Translations under genes and position numbers: made by a program | Part shown: one piece after another, positions 20,077 through 29,610 of the stretch | How positions within the stretch are numbered: position 1 is the first letter of the stretch | Layout: every line of letters starts with the position of its first letter | The notes under the pieces: generated by a model | Databases searched by the model: none | What the model was told of the DNA's origin: nothing | What the model saw: the letters and a program-made list of their open reading frames with translations, nothing else | Source of the DNA: Aliiroseovarius sp. | Lineage (GTDB): Bacteria > Pseudomonadota > Alphaproteobacteria > Rhodobacterales > Rhodobacteraceae | Length of the DNA: 64,000 nt | Reading direction: 5' to 3' | Assembly: GCA_030625565.1 (NCBI GenBank) | Contig: DAOUQO010000001.1 | Location: forward strand, 3,220-67,219

Positions 20077-21565
20077 ACTGGCCCAAAGAAAGAGCTATGA
20101 ACCGGGGTTCGCCACCACGCCGCACAAGCAGCAGAATTGAACGGCGCCCGCCATCACGTGCAACAGCGATACGTTCTTGCAACCCGGCAATGGTTTCGAC
20201 TTTTTGCTGACCTGCTTCGGTAATCACGTCCCCTGCAAGCAGACCTTTTTCCGCCGCTTGCGAGCCATCTGCGACCGCAACAATGACCAGCCCGTTATCG
20301 CCAGGGTTAAGGCCCAGCTCGGTACGGATTTCATCGGTCAATTTACCCAGCTCCATTCCAAGTACGGTTTGGATTTCGGGTGCCGCTTCTTCAGCCAGCT
20401 CTTCTGTTGCGGCGGCAACTGCATCTTCGCGCCGCCCCAATGTGACCTTAAGGGTCTGGGTTTGGCCGTCGCGCAGCACCGTCAGGCGGATTGCCTTGCC
20501 AACAGGTGCGTTGCCAACCTGACGCACAAGGTCGCCGGTATCGATGACATCGCGCCCGTCAAACGACAAGATCAGGTCACCCGACAACACACCGCCATCG
20601 GCGGCAGGGCCATTTGGCACGTTGGTCACCAAGGCACCTGCCGTGCTTTCCAGCCCCATAGCTTCGGCCATGTCAGGGCTTACATCCTGAATCCGCACAC
20701 CCAGCCAACCCCGACGGGTTTCACCAAATTCGCGCAGCTGGTCAACGACGCGGCCAACTACATTTGACGCCATCGAAAAGCCAATACCGATAGAGCCGCC
20801 ATTGGGACTGAGGATTGCTGTATTCACACCGATAACCTGACCATCCATATTGAACAGCGGCCCACCGGAATTTCCACGGTTAATCGCCGCGTCGGTTTGG
20901 ATGAAATCATCATAGGTGCCGGAAAGTTCACGTTTTCGGGCGGAAATAATCCCCGCAGAAACCGAAAACCCCTGACCCAACGGGTTGCCGACAGCCAGCA
21001 CCCAATCGCCAACGCGCATCACATCGCTATCGCCAAACTGCACGAAAGGCAGCGGCATGTCCGCCTCAACCTTAAGAACAGCAATGTCGGTATTGGGATC
21101 GGTCCCGACAACCACAGCCGGCAGTTCGCTTCCGTCAAAGAATTCAATCAGGATCTCGTCGGCCCCTTCGATTACGTGATTATTGGTAACGATAAAGCCA
21201 TCTTCGGAAACAACAAAGCCCGAGCCCAGCGCCTGAGAACGGCGACGATTGGGCGCGCCATCATTACCGCCTTGGCCATTGCCACCGCCTTCACGATCAA
21301 GAAAGTCACGGAAAAAATCCTCAAACGGGCTACCGTCAGGCAAGATCGGTTGATTGTCTGTACCGCTGGCAACCATCGTTGAGGTGGTGATATTAACCAC
21401 GGCAGGCTGGGTCTGGTCCGCCAGATCGGCAAAGCTGACCGGTGCGCCTGCAGCGCGAATTTGAACGGTGGACAAAACCAGCACCGCCAGCGCCATGGCA
21501 AGCGCCATAAACATCTGAAGGCTGTATTTTGAATAGGTTGAAATAGATATGGCCTGCGGTTTCAC
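20075..21565 (-). CDS. degP: Do/DegP/HtrA family periplasmic serine endoprotease with two PDZ domains
   Basis: Signal peptide, catalytic Ser motif GNSGGPLFN, His in TNNHVI and two PDZ-like C-terminal segments. GTG start preceded by AAAGGAG. Confidence 0.92.
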   Translation of the reverse strand: MKPQAISISTYSKYSLQMFMALAMALAVLVLSTVQIRAAGAPVSFADLADQTQPAVVNITTSTMVASGTDNQPILPDGSPFEDFFRDFLDREGGGNGQGGNDGAPNRRRSQALGSGFVVSEDGFIVTNNHVIEGADEILIEFFDGSELPAVVVGTDPNTDIAVLKVEADMPLPFVQFGDSDVMRVGDWVLAVGNPLGQGFSVSAGIISARKRELSGTYDDFIQTDAAINRGNSGGPLFNMDGQVIGVNTAILSPNGGSIGIGFSMASNVVGRVVDQLREFGETRRGWLGVRIQDVSPDMAEAMGLESTAGALVTNVPNGPAADGGVLSGDLILSFDGRDVIDTGDLVRQVGNAPVGKAIRLTVLRDGQTQTLKVTLGRREDAVAAATEELAEEAAPEIQTVLGMELGKLTDEIRTELGLNPGDNGLVIVAVADGSQAAEKGLLAGDVITEAGQQKVETIAGLQERIAVARDGGRRSILLLVRRGGEPRFIALSLGQ

Positions 21566-21702
21566 ACGAGACTCCTTTAATTTTGCGGCCAGGTTGCCCC
21601 GGCTATTACGCCTAATGTCTACATAATATCAGTTTTACACAATCCAAACTTTCGAAACACTCCTCACCCAATTGTGAAGCGGCACGATTTTGCCAAAAGT
21701 TT

Positions 21703-21733
21703 GCAAAAAGGGCCGGTGAATGCACCAGCCCTT
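21703..21733 (-). terminator. intrinsic terminator downstream of hflC
   Basis: Minus-sense GGGCUGGUG-CAUUC-ACCGGCCC followed by UUUUUGC. Confidence 0.6.
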
Positions 21734-21757
21734 TGTTATTTTATACGAATTTCGAAC

Positions 21758-22627
21758 CTATTCGCCGATATTGGACTTCAGGTAAGTAAAAAATTCGCTG
21801 TCCGGTGTGATTACCATGCTTGAATTGCTGCCCTGAAGCGCTGCCTCATAGGCCGACAAAGACCGGTAGAAAGCAAAGAATTCAGGATCGCGCCCAAAGG
21901 CATCGGCAAGGATGGCGTTACGCTGTGCATCCGCCTGACCGCGTGTGCCTTCGGCCAGTTTTTCGGCCTCGGACACTTTTTCAACCACGGTCCGGTCAGC
22001 AAGCGCGCGCACGATTTGCGCGGCCTCTTCACCACGGGCGATTTCATCTGCGGCCTCGCGTTCACGTTCAGAACGCATGCGTTCAAACGTTTCGGTAAGG
22101 TTTTGTTCCGGCAAATCGGCACGTTTGATACGCACATCGATGATTTCCACGCCCAAAGCAACGGCTTGCGCACGGGCCTGATTGCGGATTTTGACCATCA
22201 ACGCAGCACGGTCAGCGGACAAGATTGTGCCGCTATCGACGCTACCAAGAACCTCGCGCAATTCCGCATTCAAGATGCGTTCAAGACGCGGGCGGGCGCC
22301 GGCAATCGAACTTGCGCCAACCGCCTTACGGAACTGTTTGGGGTCACTAATGCGCCAGCGCGCAAAAGCATCCACAACCAAGCGGCGATCATCGGCCGGA
22401 GTGACCTCAAGCTGCGCGGTTTCCAGCGGCAGAATGCGGTCGTCATATTTAACGATTTCATGCAAGAACGGAATTTTGAAATAAAGACCGGGTTCTTCAA
22501 TCGTAATCTGGACTTCGCCAAACCACAATCGCAGCGCCTTTTCGCGTTCATCGACGATATAGACCGCGTTAAGCAGCCCCGCCACAACAAGAACAACAAG
22601 GCCCATAGCCATTTGAGATTTACGCAT
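21758..22627 (-). CDS. hflC: protease modulator HflC (SPFH/band 7)
   Basis: N-terminal TM helix and an SPFH domain. Its ATG overlaps the hflK stop (TAATG). Confidence 0.92.
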   Translation of the reverse strand: MRKSQMAMGLVVLVVAGLLNAVYIVDEREKALRLWFGEVQITIEEPGLYFKIPFLHEIVKYDDRILPLETAQLEVTPADDRRLVVDAFARWRISDPKQFRKAVGASSIAGARPRLERILNAELREVLGSVDSGTILSADRAALMVKIRNQARAQAVALGVEIIDVRIKRADLPEQNLTETFERMRSEREREAADEIARGEEAAQIVRALADRTVVEKVSEAEKLAEGTRGQADAQRNAILADAFGRDPEFFAFYRSLSAYEAALQGSNSSMVITPDSEFFTYLKSNIGE

Positions 22628-23772
22628 TAGTTCGACCCCCCAGAATTAGAGCGCAGTTCATTCAGCGGCAGGTACGGCACGATACCGTTTGAGCCGCCCG
22701 CGCCTTCGTCAATGATGACCTTGTCAACATTTGCCAGCACGCGTTCCATGGTTTCAATATACAGACGTTTGCGTGTTATCTCGGGTGCCTTGGCGTATTC
22801 TTCGTATACGGCAAGGAAGCGCGCGGCTTCACCTTCGGCACGGTTAACAACCTGGGCGCGGTACCCTTCGGCCTGCTCCAAGATCTGCGCCGAACTACCA
22901 CGCGCGGCTGCAACCACTTGGTTTGCATAAGCATCCGCACGTTTTTCCAGCGTGTCACGGGTTTGTTCAGCCGCCTGCACAGCGCGGAAGCTGTCGATCA
23001 CTTCGCGTGGTGGATCGGCCCTGTCAAAGTTGACCCGAATGATATTCACGCCACTTTTATAGCCATCCAAGGTTAGCTGAATAAGCTGTTCCAGATCTTG
23101 ACGAATTTCGCCACGGTCACGGTTCAGGATCGGTGCCAGATTTTTACGTGCGATAATTTCGCGCATCGCAGATTCCGATACCGCGCGAATGGTTTCGCGG
23201 GGTTCCGCCAGATTAAAGACGAATTCCTTAATGTTGCCGATATTCCAGACCACCTGAAAATCGATATCAACGATGTTTTCATCGCCCGTCAGCATCAGGC
23301 CCTCTTCGAAGCCTGCACCGATATCTTCGATGTTTTCGTGTGTCACCGCATAGATTTCTTTGGTGACAACCGGCCATGGGGCAAAGTTCAGACCTTCTTC
23401 GCCAGTCTGCACGTATTTACCGAAAAGCAATTCAACCGATTGCTCGGACGTGTCCACCCGGTAAAAGCTGGAAAAAGCCCAGAATGCAATCGCGGCAAGT
23501 GCAATAAGGCCCATCGCGCCTTTGCCCATCGCAGGGGCGTCACCGCCGCCGCCATTACCGCCGCCATTGACACGACCCTTATCGCGCCCGCCCATAAGAA
23601 CGCGCAGCTGTTCCTGACCTTTTTTCATGATCTCTTCGATCTCGGGTACCTGTGGAGGGCTGGGGGGACGATTGCCACCGCCATTATTTCCACCGTTGCT
23701 TTTGCCACCCTGATCATCGCCGCCACGGTTTCCGCCGCCGCCGCCCCAGGGTCCGCCATTATCACTGGCCAT
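22627..23772 (-). CDS. hflK: FtsH protease modulator HflK (SPFH/band 7)
   Basis: Gly-rich N-terminus (PWGGGGGNRGG..), a TM helix and an SPFH domain. Lies upstream of hflC. Confidence 0.92.
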   Translation of the reverse strand: MASDNGGPWGGGGGNRGGDDQGGKSNGGNNGGGNRPPSPPQVPEIEEIMKKGQEQLRVLMGGRDKGRVNGGGNGGGGDAPAMGKGAMGLIALAAIAFWAFSSFYRVDTSEQSVELLFGKYVQTGEEGLNFAPWPVVTKEIYAVTHENIEDIGAGFEEGLMLTGDENIVDIDFQVVWNIGNIKEFVFNLAEPRETIRAVSESAMREIIARKNLAPILNRDRGEIRQDLEQLIQLTLDGYKSGVNIIRVNFDRADPPREVIDSFRAVQAAEQTRDTLEKRADAYANQVVAAARGSSAQILEQAEGYRAQVVNRAEGEAARFLAVYEEYAKAPEITRKRLYIETMERVLANVDKVIIDEGAGGSNGIVPYLPLNELRSNSGGSN

Positions 23773-23855
23773 CTGGTCTGTCCTTCCTAATTATTATGGA
23801 TTGGCCTTTAAATGGCCTTACCTTTGGTATTTTTCAACCCTTTCGGGTTATATTT

Positions 23856-25217
23856 TCAACTCTTGCGAGTTGGTGTTTTCATTAAAACTATTTCTTCGGC
23901 CATGGTTGGATGCACAGCAATTGTTGCGTCAAAATCGGCCTTGGTTGCGCCCATCTTAACTGCAACAGCAGCAAACTGGATCATTTCGCCAGCGCCATCG
24001 GCCACGATGTGGCACCCCAGCACCTTGTCGGTGGCCTGACTGACGATCAGTTTAAACAGCACCCGATCATTACGGCCAATGAACGACCGCTGCATCGGAC
24101 GGAATGTGGCGCAGTAAATATCCACCGGTTCGCGTTCGCGCGCGGCTTCTTCGGTTAAACCAACGGTGCCGTATTCCGGAATGGTGAACACTGCAGAAGC
24201 AACATTATCATAATCAACCTTGGTCGGATTGCCGTTAAACACGGTTTCAACAAACGCCGCCCCTTCGCGGATCGCGACAGGTGTCAGGTTAATCCGGTCG
24301 GTCACATCGCCAACCGCATAGATCGAAGGTACGCTGGTTTGGGAATATTCATCCACCAGCACTTGGCCCCAGCGACCCAGCTTGACGCCGGCCTCTTCCA
24401 GACCCAGCCCGTTTGTGTTGGCTGTGCGCCCGGTCGCAAACAACACCTGATCAAACACATCCTCGCGCCCATCCGTGCCTTTGACATGAATGCGCCCATC
24501 CGCGCCACGCTGCATGTGTTCAATCTCAAGCCCAAGGTGCAGATCAACGCCACGGTCCGAAATCAGTTCGGACAGGTGCCCGCGCACTTCGTCATCAAAG
24601 CCGCGCAGGATTTGTGCGCCGCGATACCACTGCGCCACATGCACGCCCAGACCATTGAAAATGCACGCAAATTCACAGGCTATATAGCCCCCGCCAACAA
24701 TCAAAAGGCGTTCGGGAAAGGTTTCAAGATTGAATATTTCGTTCGAGGTAATACCCAGATCATAGCCCTTGGTGGTGTCGGGCACAAACGGCGCGCCGCC
24801 AGTGGCGACCAGAATATGCTTGGCCGTCAGGACTTCGCCAGTTGAAAGTTCAACGCTGTGTGCATCTTTCACCACAGCGCGGGCATTGAAAATATCGGCG
24901 CCGGCCTTGCCCAAATTGGTGCGGTAAATGCCTTCGAGGCGATCAAGTTCGGCGTGCATCATTGGCTGGAAACGGTCCCAGTTAAACTTGCCGCCTTCGT
25001 AATCCCAGCCGTAATCGCGGGCCTGTTTGGCGGCAGGGCCATAGCCCGACGCAAACACCATCAGCTTTTTAGGCACACAACCACGGATAACACAGGTGCC
25101 GCCCATGCGGAATTCTTCGGCCAGACCAACCTTGGCCCCGCCTTCGGCAGCCACACGCCCCGCGCGCACCCCGCCCGAGCCGCCACCGATAACAAACAGA
25201 TCATAATCAAATTTCAT
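23856..25217 (-). CDS. gor: glutathione-disulfide reductase
   Basis: FAD motif VIGGGSGGVRA, redox-active disulfide GGTCVIRGCVPKK and C-terminal HPTMAEE. Confidence 0.9.
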   Translation of the reverse strand: MKFDYDLFVIGGGSGGVRAGRVAAEGGAKVGLAEEFRMGGTCVIRGCVPKKLMVFASGYGPAAKQARDYGWDYEGGKFNWDRFQPMMHAELDRLEGIYRTNLGKAGADIFNARAVVKDAHSVELSTGEVLTAKHILVATGGAPFVPDTTKGYDLGITSNEIFNLETFPERLLIVGGGYIACEFACIFNGLGVHVAQWYRGAQILRGFDDEVRGHLSELISDRGVDLHLGLEIEHMQRGADGRIHVKGTDGREDVFDQVLFATGRTANTNGLGLEEAGVKLGRWGQVLVDEYSQTSVPSIYAVGDVTDRINLTPVAIREGAAFVETVFNGNPTKVDYDNVASAVFTIPEYGTVGLTEEAAREREPVDIYCATFRPMQRSFIGRNDRVLFKLIVSQATDKVLGCHIVADGAGEMIQFAAVAVKMGATKADFDATIAVHPTMAEEIVLMKTPTRKS

Positions 25218-25232
25218 TTGAGCCTTGTCCTT

Positions 25233-26015
25233 TTAGATATCGGCAAACAGGTTTTCTGCTTCGGCAAAGTCAATCTGACTTTCTTCATGTGTGCCTTCAT
25301 TGATGTCGATCACTTCGACCCGCCCATCGGCGTGGCCGGTTACAACAACATCACAGATATCTATGAACAGCCCGTTTTCAACCACGCCCGGCACTTGATT
25401 TAGCACCAGTGACATTTGGCGCGGATTGCCGATACGTGTCAGGTGCAAATCAACAATGTGGTTGCCTTCGTCGGTGACATAAAGCGCTTCGCCATTCATC
25501 CGCATGGTGGCGGTGTGGCCAAGCACATCCATTGAAACCATCATTTCTTCGATCAAGGCCTTGGTGGTTTGCCAGCCAAACGGAATAACCTCAACCGGAA
25601 GCGGGAAGGCCCCCAATTGTTCCACATGTTTGGAGGGGTCGGTAATCACGATCATTTTGTCAGATGCGGTTGCCACGATTTTTTCTTGCAGCAACGCCCC
25701 ACCGCCGCCTTTGATCAGACAAAGTTCGGCGTCGAATTCATCGGTGCCATCAATGGTCACATCCAGCCAGCGTGCTTCGTCCAGCGTCACAACGTTGATG
25801 CCAACCTGCTGCGCCAGTTCGGCGGTGCGGGTCGATGTGGGCACGCCGGTAATATTCAGGCCATCGTCGCGCACCAGTTCGCCCAGACACCGCACCATCC
25901 ATGCAGCGGTTGAACCTGTGCCCATGCCAACACGCATTCCGTCTTCGACATATTCAACCGCGCGCTTGGCGGCGACAAATTTCGCGGTGTCTATCGGTGA
26001 TAAATTCCCAGCCAT
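25233..26015 (-). CDS. rpiA: ribose-5-phosphate isomerase A
   Basis: KRAVEYVEDGMRVGMGTGSTAAW and LIKGGGGALLQEK. ATG 26015 is preceded by AGGGGAA, so the track start 26111 is an over-extension. Confidence 0.93.
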   Translation of the reverse strand: MAGNLSPIDTAKFVAAKRAVEYVEDGMRVGMGTGSTAAWMVRCLGELVRDDGLNITGVPTSTRTAELAQQVGINVVTLDEARWLDVTIDGTDEFDAELCLIKGGGGALLQEKIVATASDKMIVITDPSKHVEQLGAFPLPVEVIPFGWQTTKALIEEMMVSMDVLGHTATMRMNGEALYVTDEGNHIVDLHLTRIGNPRQMSLVLNQVPGVVENGLFIDICDVVVTGHADGRVEVIDINEGTHEESQIDFAEAENLFADI

Positions 26016-26151
26016 GGCATCGATTCCCCTGTAAGCTGTTCCATATTTACCTGTGCTTATAGAAAAGAAGTGGCGCGGGCGCGAGGGGGGAAATATTTTC
26101 AACTGCCCCAATTCGAACTATCAACGGGCGAAGGCCAACAAGGGCACCGTA

Positions 26152-26727
26152 TTACGCATCAGCCTGAAAAGCGCTGACAATCTGGATTATTTCGTCCAAA
26201 CTAACATATCCATCACCGTTTATATCAAGGCTAACAAGGGCTTCCAGTAAACTGGCGTCATTTTGGGTAATGGCCCCAACAGCGCGTGCCTCGGCAAAAG
26301 CGCGCACTTCGTCCATGTTCACAGTCCCGTTACCATCAATATCAGCCTTATAAAATCCGACCAAAAGCCGGCCACGCGCGCGGGCATTTTCAGTTTGGAT
26401 CAGGATATTCATCTCGTCCAGCGTGACCTGTGCATCATTGTTCAAATCAGCCACCAGAAAACGGCGCATTTCGCGGGCACGAATATAGGCTTTGTTTACA
26501 GCAAGATAGTTGGCGATTCCGGCACCATTCAGCCCCTTGGCCCCACCATAGCCAAGGATCAGTCCGGCCATTTGTTCCATAAATATATCCGGCGCATTTT
26601 CCAGCTGCTTAAAGGTGGCATTTGGCAACGAGGTTTGCATGGCATCACGGTCAATCAAAGCACCGCTTTGCTGCGCCATGGCAGGTCTGGACAAAAGGCA
26701 CAGCAACGCCAAAATCCGATAGAACAT
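26152..26727 (-). CDS. secreted EF-hand calcium-binding protein
   Basis: Signal peptide MFYRILALLCLLSRPAMA. Three canonical 12-residue loops: DLNNDAQVTLDE, DIDGNGTVNMDE and DINGDGYVSLDE. ATG 26727 is preceded by AAAGGGGA. Confidence 0.8.
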   Translation of the reverse strand: MFYRILALLCLLSRPAMAQQSGALIDRDAMQTSLPNATFKQLENAPDIFMEQMAGLILGYGGAKGLNGAGIANYLAVNKAYIRAREMRRFLVADLNNDAQVTLDEMNILIQTENARARGRLLVGFYKADIDGNGTVNMDEVRAFAEARAVGAITQNDASLLEALVSLDINGDGYVSLDEIIQIVSAFQADA

Positions 26728-26938
26728 GATGTGATCCCCTTTGTTGAATGCTTTGTTAATACTGTGTTGAATTCCGCCTTGGATTTCCGACACGATGGGG
26801 CAACATGGTTAAGACATGGTGAATAAAATAACGAAAATTTGAAGCCTCGCCCAACTGGCACACCCGTTTTTGCGGAGGCTTAGTTGACATTGGCGCGACA
26901 AACAGTGATTTCGCTAAGACAGCAACAAAAGGCCATTC

Positions 26939-27292
26939 ATGCGCAAACTTGCCTATAACACCCTTGGCTGGGCCGTTCTTATATTGGGAATTATTGGCGT
27001 GGTTTTGCCCGGCCTGCCAACGACGCCTTTCTTGCTGGTTGCGGCATTTGCCTTTTCACGCGGATCACCAAGAATGCGTGCTTGGCTTATTGACCATGCA
27101 AGGTTCGGACCAATGATTGCCGATTGGGAAGAACGCGGGGCCATATCACGGCGCGCCAAGGTTTTGGCGGTAACGCTTATGGCCGTGGTCTTTGGTCTTG
27201 GTTTGGCTTTGGCCTTGCCGGTCTGGGCATTAACGTTACAAGGCCTGTGTCTGGTGGGGGCGGCAACATTTGTTGTGTCGCGGCCTGAATAA
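26939..27292 (+). CDS. YbaN/DUF454 family inner membrane protein
   Basis: LGIIGVVLPGLPTTPFLLVAAFAFSRGSPRMRAWL matches the YbaN signature. 117 aa. Confidence 0.85.
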   Translation: MRKLAYNTLGWAVLILGIIGVVLPGLPTTPFLLVAAFAFSRGSPRMRAWLIDHARFGPMIADWEERGAISRRAKVLAVTLMAVVFGLGLALALPVWALTLQGLCLVGAATFVVSRPE

Positions 27293-27372
27293 GATGGCAA
27301 GCGTCGTTTTCAGGCGCATTTATCATTCAAAACGGGTTATGCGACCCAAGGTTATCCGGGATCTGTGCTAAA

Positions 27373-28752
27373 ATGTTTCTTTCGGTTTTTGATATGTTCA
27401 AGGTGGGGGTTGGCCCGTCTTCATCCCACACGATGGGACCGATGATTGCTGCAGGCCGGTTTCTGGACCTTTTGCGCGCCTCGCCATTTCAGCCGACAGG
27501 ATTACGCGCCAGCCTGCATGGCAGTCTGGCCTTTACCGGCATTGGCCACGCAACCGACCGCGCCACCATTTTGGGCCTTGCCGGATTCAACCCCGAAACC
27601 TATGACGCCCAAGCTGCCGACGATGCATTGGCCGCAATTCAGTCAGGCAAGACACTATCCCCCAAGGGCCTGCCCGTTATGCGGTTTGACCCCGCCCAAG
27701 ACCTGATTTTTGATTATGATCACCCCCTGCCCGGTCACGCCAATGGCATGGTTCTTATGGCAACAGACGATCAGGGCGATGTGGTCTTGCAAGAGACATA
27801 TTATTCCATTGGCGGTGGATTTGTCGTGACCGACGCCGAACAATCGCGTGCAGCCTTGCAAGAAATCAAAGCAGCCGCGCACCATCCTTTCCCCTTCGAC
27901 AAAGCCGCCAAAATGCTGGAAATGGCGCGAAAGTCTGGCAAAAACATTGCCGAGATGAAGCGTGCAAACGAACTGGCATATGGCGCGTCAGCAACGCTTG
28001 ATGCCGGATTGCGCCGTCTGTGGGATGTGATGAACGCCTGCATAGATCGCGGCCTGTCATGCGGCGGCATCCTGCCCGGTGGCCTGCAAGTAAAACGCCG
28101 CGCCCATGGCATCCACCAGCAATTACTGGCCCAACAGGGACTGAATATGATCGCGCCGCATACGATCACCGACTGGATGAGCGTCTATGCCATGGCGGTT
28201 AATGAGGAAAACGCCGCCGGAGGCCAAGTGGTGACAGCCCCGACAAACGGTGCGGCGGGCGTGATCCCTGCGGTAATCCGGTACTGGCTGGACCACGTGC
28301 CCGGCGCCACATCCAAGCGCATCCCTGAATTTCTGTTAACAGCCGCCGCAATTGGCGGGCTGATAAAACATAACGCATCTATTTCGGGGGCCGAAGCGGG
28401 CTGCCAAGCCGAAATAGGCAGCGCCGCCGCGATGGCGGCAGCGGGGTTAACGGCCGTTTTGGGTGGTACGCCGGAACAGGTGGAAAACGCCGCAGAAATT
28501 GCGCTGGAACATCATCTGGGCCTAACGTGTGATCCGATCAAGGGCTTGGTACAGGTACCTTGTATTGAGCGAAACGGGCTGGGTGCGGTCAAGGCGGTTA
28601 CGGCCGCGTCACTTGCGCTGCGCGGCGATGGCAGCCACCTTGTGCCACTGGACGCCTGCATCAAAACCATGTTTGAGACCGGCAAAGACATGAGCGAGCG
28701 TTACAAGGAAACATCGCTGGGGGGCTTGGCGGTAAACGTGCCTAATTGCTAA
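27373..28752 (+). CDS. sdaA: L-serine ammonia-lyase (Fe-S dependent, single-chain)
   Basis: N-terminus MFLSVFDMFKVGVGPSSSHTMGPM and family-typical sequence over 459 aa. Confidence 0.93.
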   Translation: MFLSVFDMFKVGVGPSSSHTMGPMIAAGRFLDLLRASPFQPTGLRASLHGSLAFTGIGHATDRATILGLAGFNPETYDAQAADDALAAIQSGKTLSPKGLPVMRFDPAQDLIFDYDHPLPGHANGMVLMATDDQGDVVLQETYYSIGGGFVVTDAEQSRAALQEIKAAAHHPFPFDKAAKMLEMARKSGKNIAEMKRANELAYGASATLDAGLRRLWDVMNACIDRGLSCGGILPGGLQVKRRAHGIHQQLLAQQGLNMIAPHTITDWMSVYAMAVNEENAAGGQVVTAPTNGAAGVIPAVIRYWLDHVPGATSKRIPEFLLTAAAIGGLIKHNASISGAEAGCQAEIGSAAAMAAAGLTAVLGGTPEQVENAAEIALEHHLGLTCDPIKGLVQVPCIERNGLGAVKAVTAASLALRGDGSHLVPLDACIKTMFETGKDMSERYKETSLGGLAVNVPNC

Positions 28753-28760
28753 AGATTTTC

Positions 28761-28793
28761 GCCTTCGGCGAGGATATTTAGAGCAAGAGGAAG
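28761..28793 (+). repeat. dispersed element, copy 3 (diverged)
   Basis: GCCTTCGGCGAGGATATTTAGAGCAAGAGGAAG, 28/32 identical to copy 1. It begins 8 nt after the sdaA stop in the same sense as sdaA, inside a 45-bp convergent gap. Confidence 0.7.
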
Positions 28794-28797
28794 CCGA

Positions 28798-29460
28798 TTA
28801 CAAAAGTGCATTCATGACAAGTGGCAAACCATCTGGCACATTGCGTTCAATCAAAACCAGCATGCCGGGTGCATCAAATTCCAAGCGCACCTGACCGGTG
28901 TGATCCACCGCGTTTGATGTTCCAATTTGGCCCCACGGGCGCATTCTTAGCCCGTCAACAGGGTATTTCAGACCGGCGCCGCGCACCAAAATATCCGCCA
29001 TTGGAAACAGGGACAAGCGCGTGCCTGCGGGCAAATCCAGCGCAAGCTGCGCAGGCGCATGAAAACAAATATCGCTTTCCCCCAGCAAGATGCACCGCCG
29101 GTCCGCATGGCGCACCAGCGCATTCAAACAGGCCAGCGTATGATCCTGACGCGCCCCCAAAAAACCAACGCCCACAATAAGCGGCGCAGTCACCGAACGC
29201 AGGGCTTTATCAAAATCGGTACTGTCTTGTTCAAGAACCGGGTGGATAATGTCAGGCGCAAGGGCCGCTTTTGTGGTATTATCCAGCGAATCCATATCGC
29301 CAATTACCAGATTCGGCATATGCCCCCAGGCCAAAGCACGCGCCGCTGCACCGTCAGCCGCCACAAGTATCGGCGCACGTGTCAACGCTTCGTCAAGACT
29401 TTCGGCGCTACACTCACCACTGCCCAAAAGGGTTACATTGTTTCGAAAGGGGAAATTCAT
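28798..29460 (-). CDS. thiN: thiamine diphosphokinase
   Basis: LVIGDMDS and LEQDSTDFDKAL match the TPK catalytic motifs (GDxDS, KDxTDxExAL). I chose ATG 29460 (MNFPFRNN..). The track start 29577 adds a Cys-rich extension that is unlikely to be translated. Confidence 0.75.
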   Translation of the reverse strand: MNFPFRNNVTLLGSGECSAESLDEALTRAPILVAADGAAARALAWGHMPNLVIGDMDSLDNTTKAALAPDIIHPVLEQDSTDFDKALRSVTAPLIVGVGFLGARQDHTLACLNALVRHADRRCILLGESDICFHAPAQLALDLPAGTRLSLFPMADILVRGAGLKYPVDGLRMRPWGQIGTSNAVDHTGQVRLEFDAPGMLVLIERNVPDGLPLVMNALL

Positions 29461-29610
29461 GGGTCTAACGCCGCCGATTGTGTCCATTATGGAAACTAAA
29501 CACATTGTCGCCCTGAAAATATACCGCAAATTTCGCGGAAATGTGCAATTTCGTAACCCAATGCATGGTAAACACATCCTTGCTGGATCGGGGGAGAAAG
29601 CGAATAGACG

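Noticed and set aside
26566-26592. Possible fourth copy of the dispersed element (CCATAAATATATCCGGCGCAT)
   Set aside because: The similarity is only partial and it lies inside the EF-hand coding sequence. It lacks the GCAAGAGGAA arm, so it is probably coincidental.
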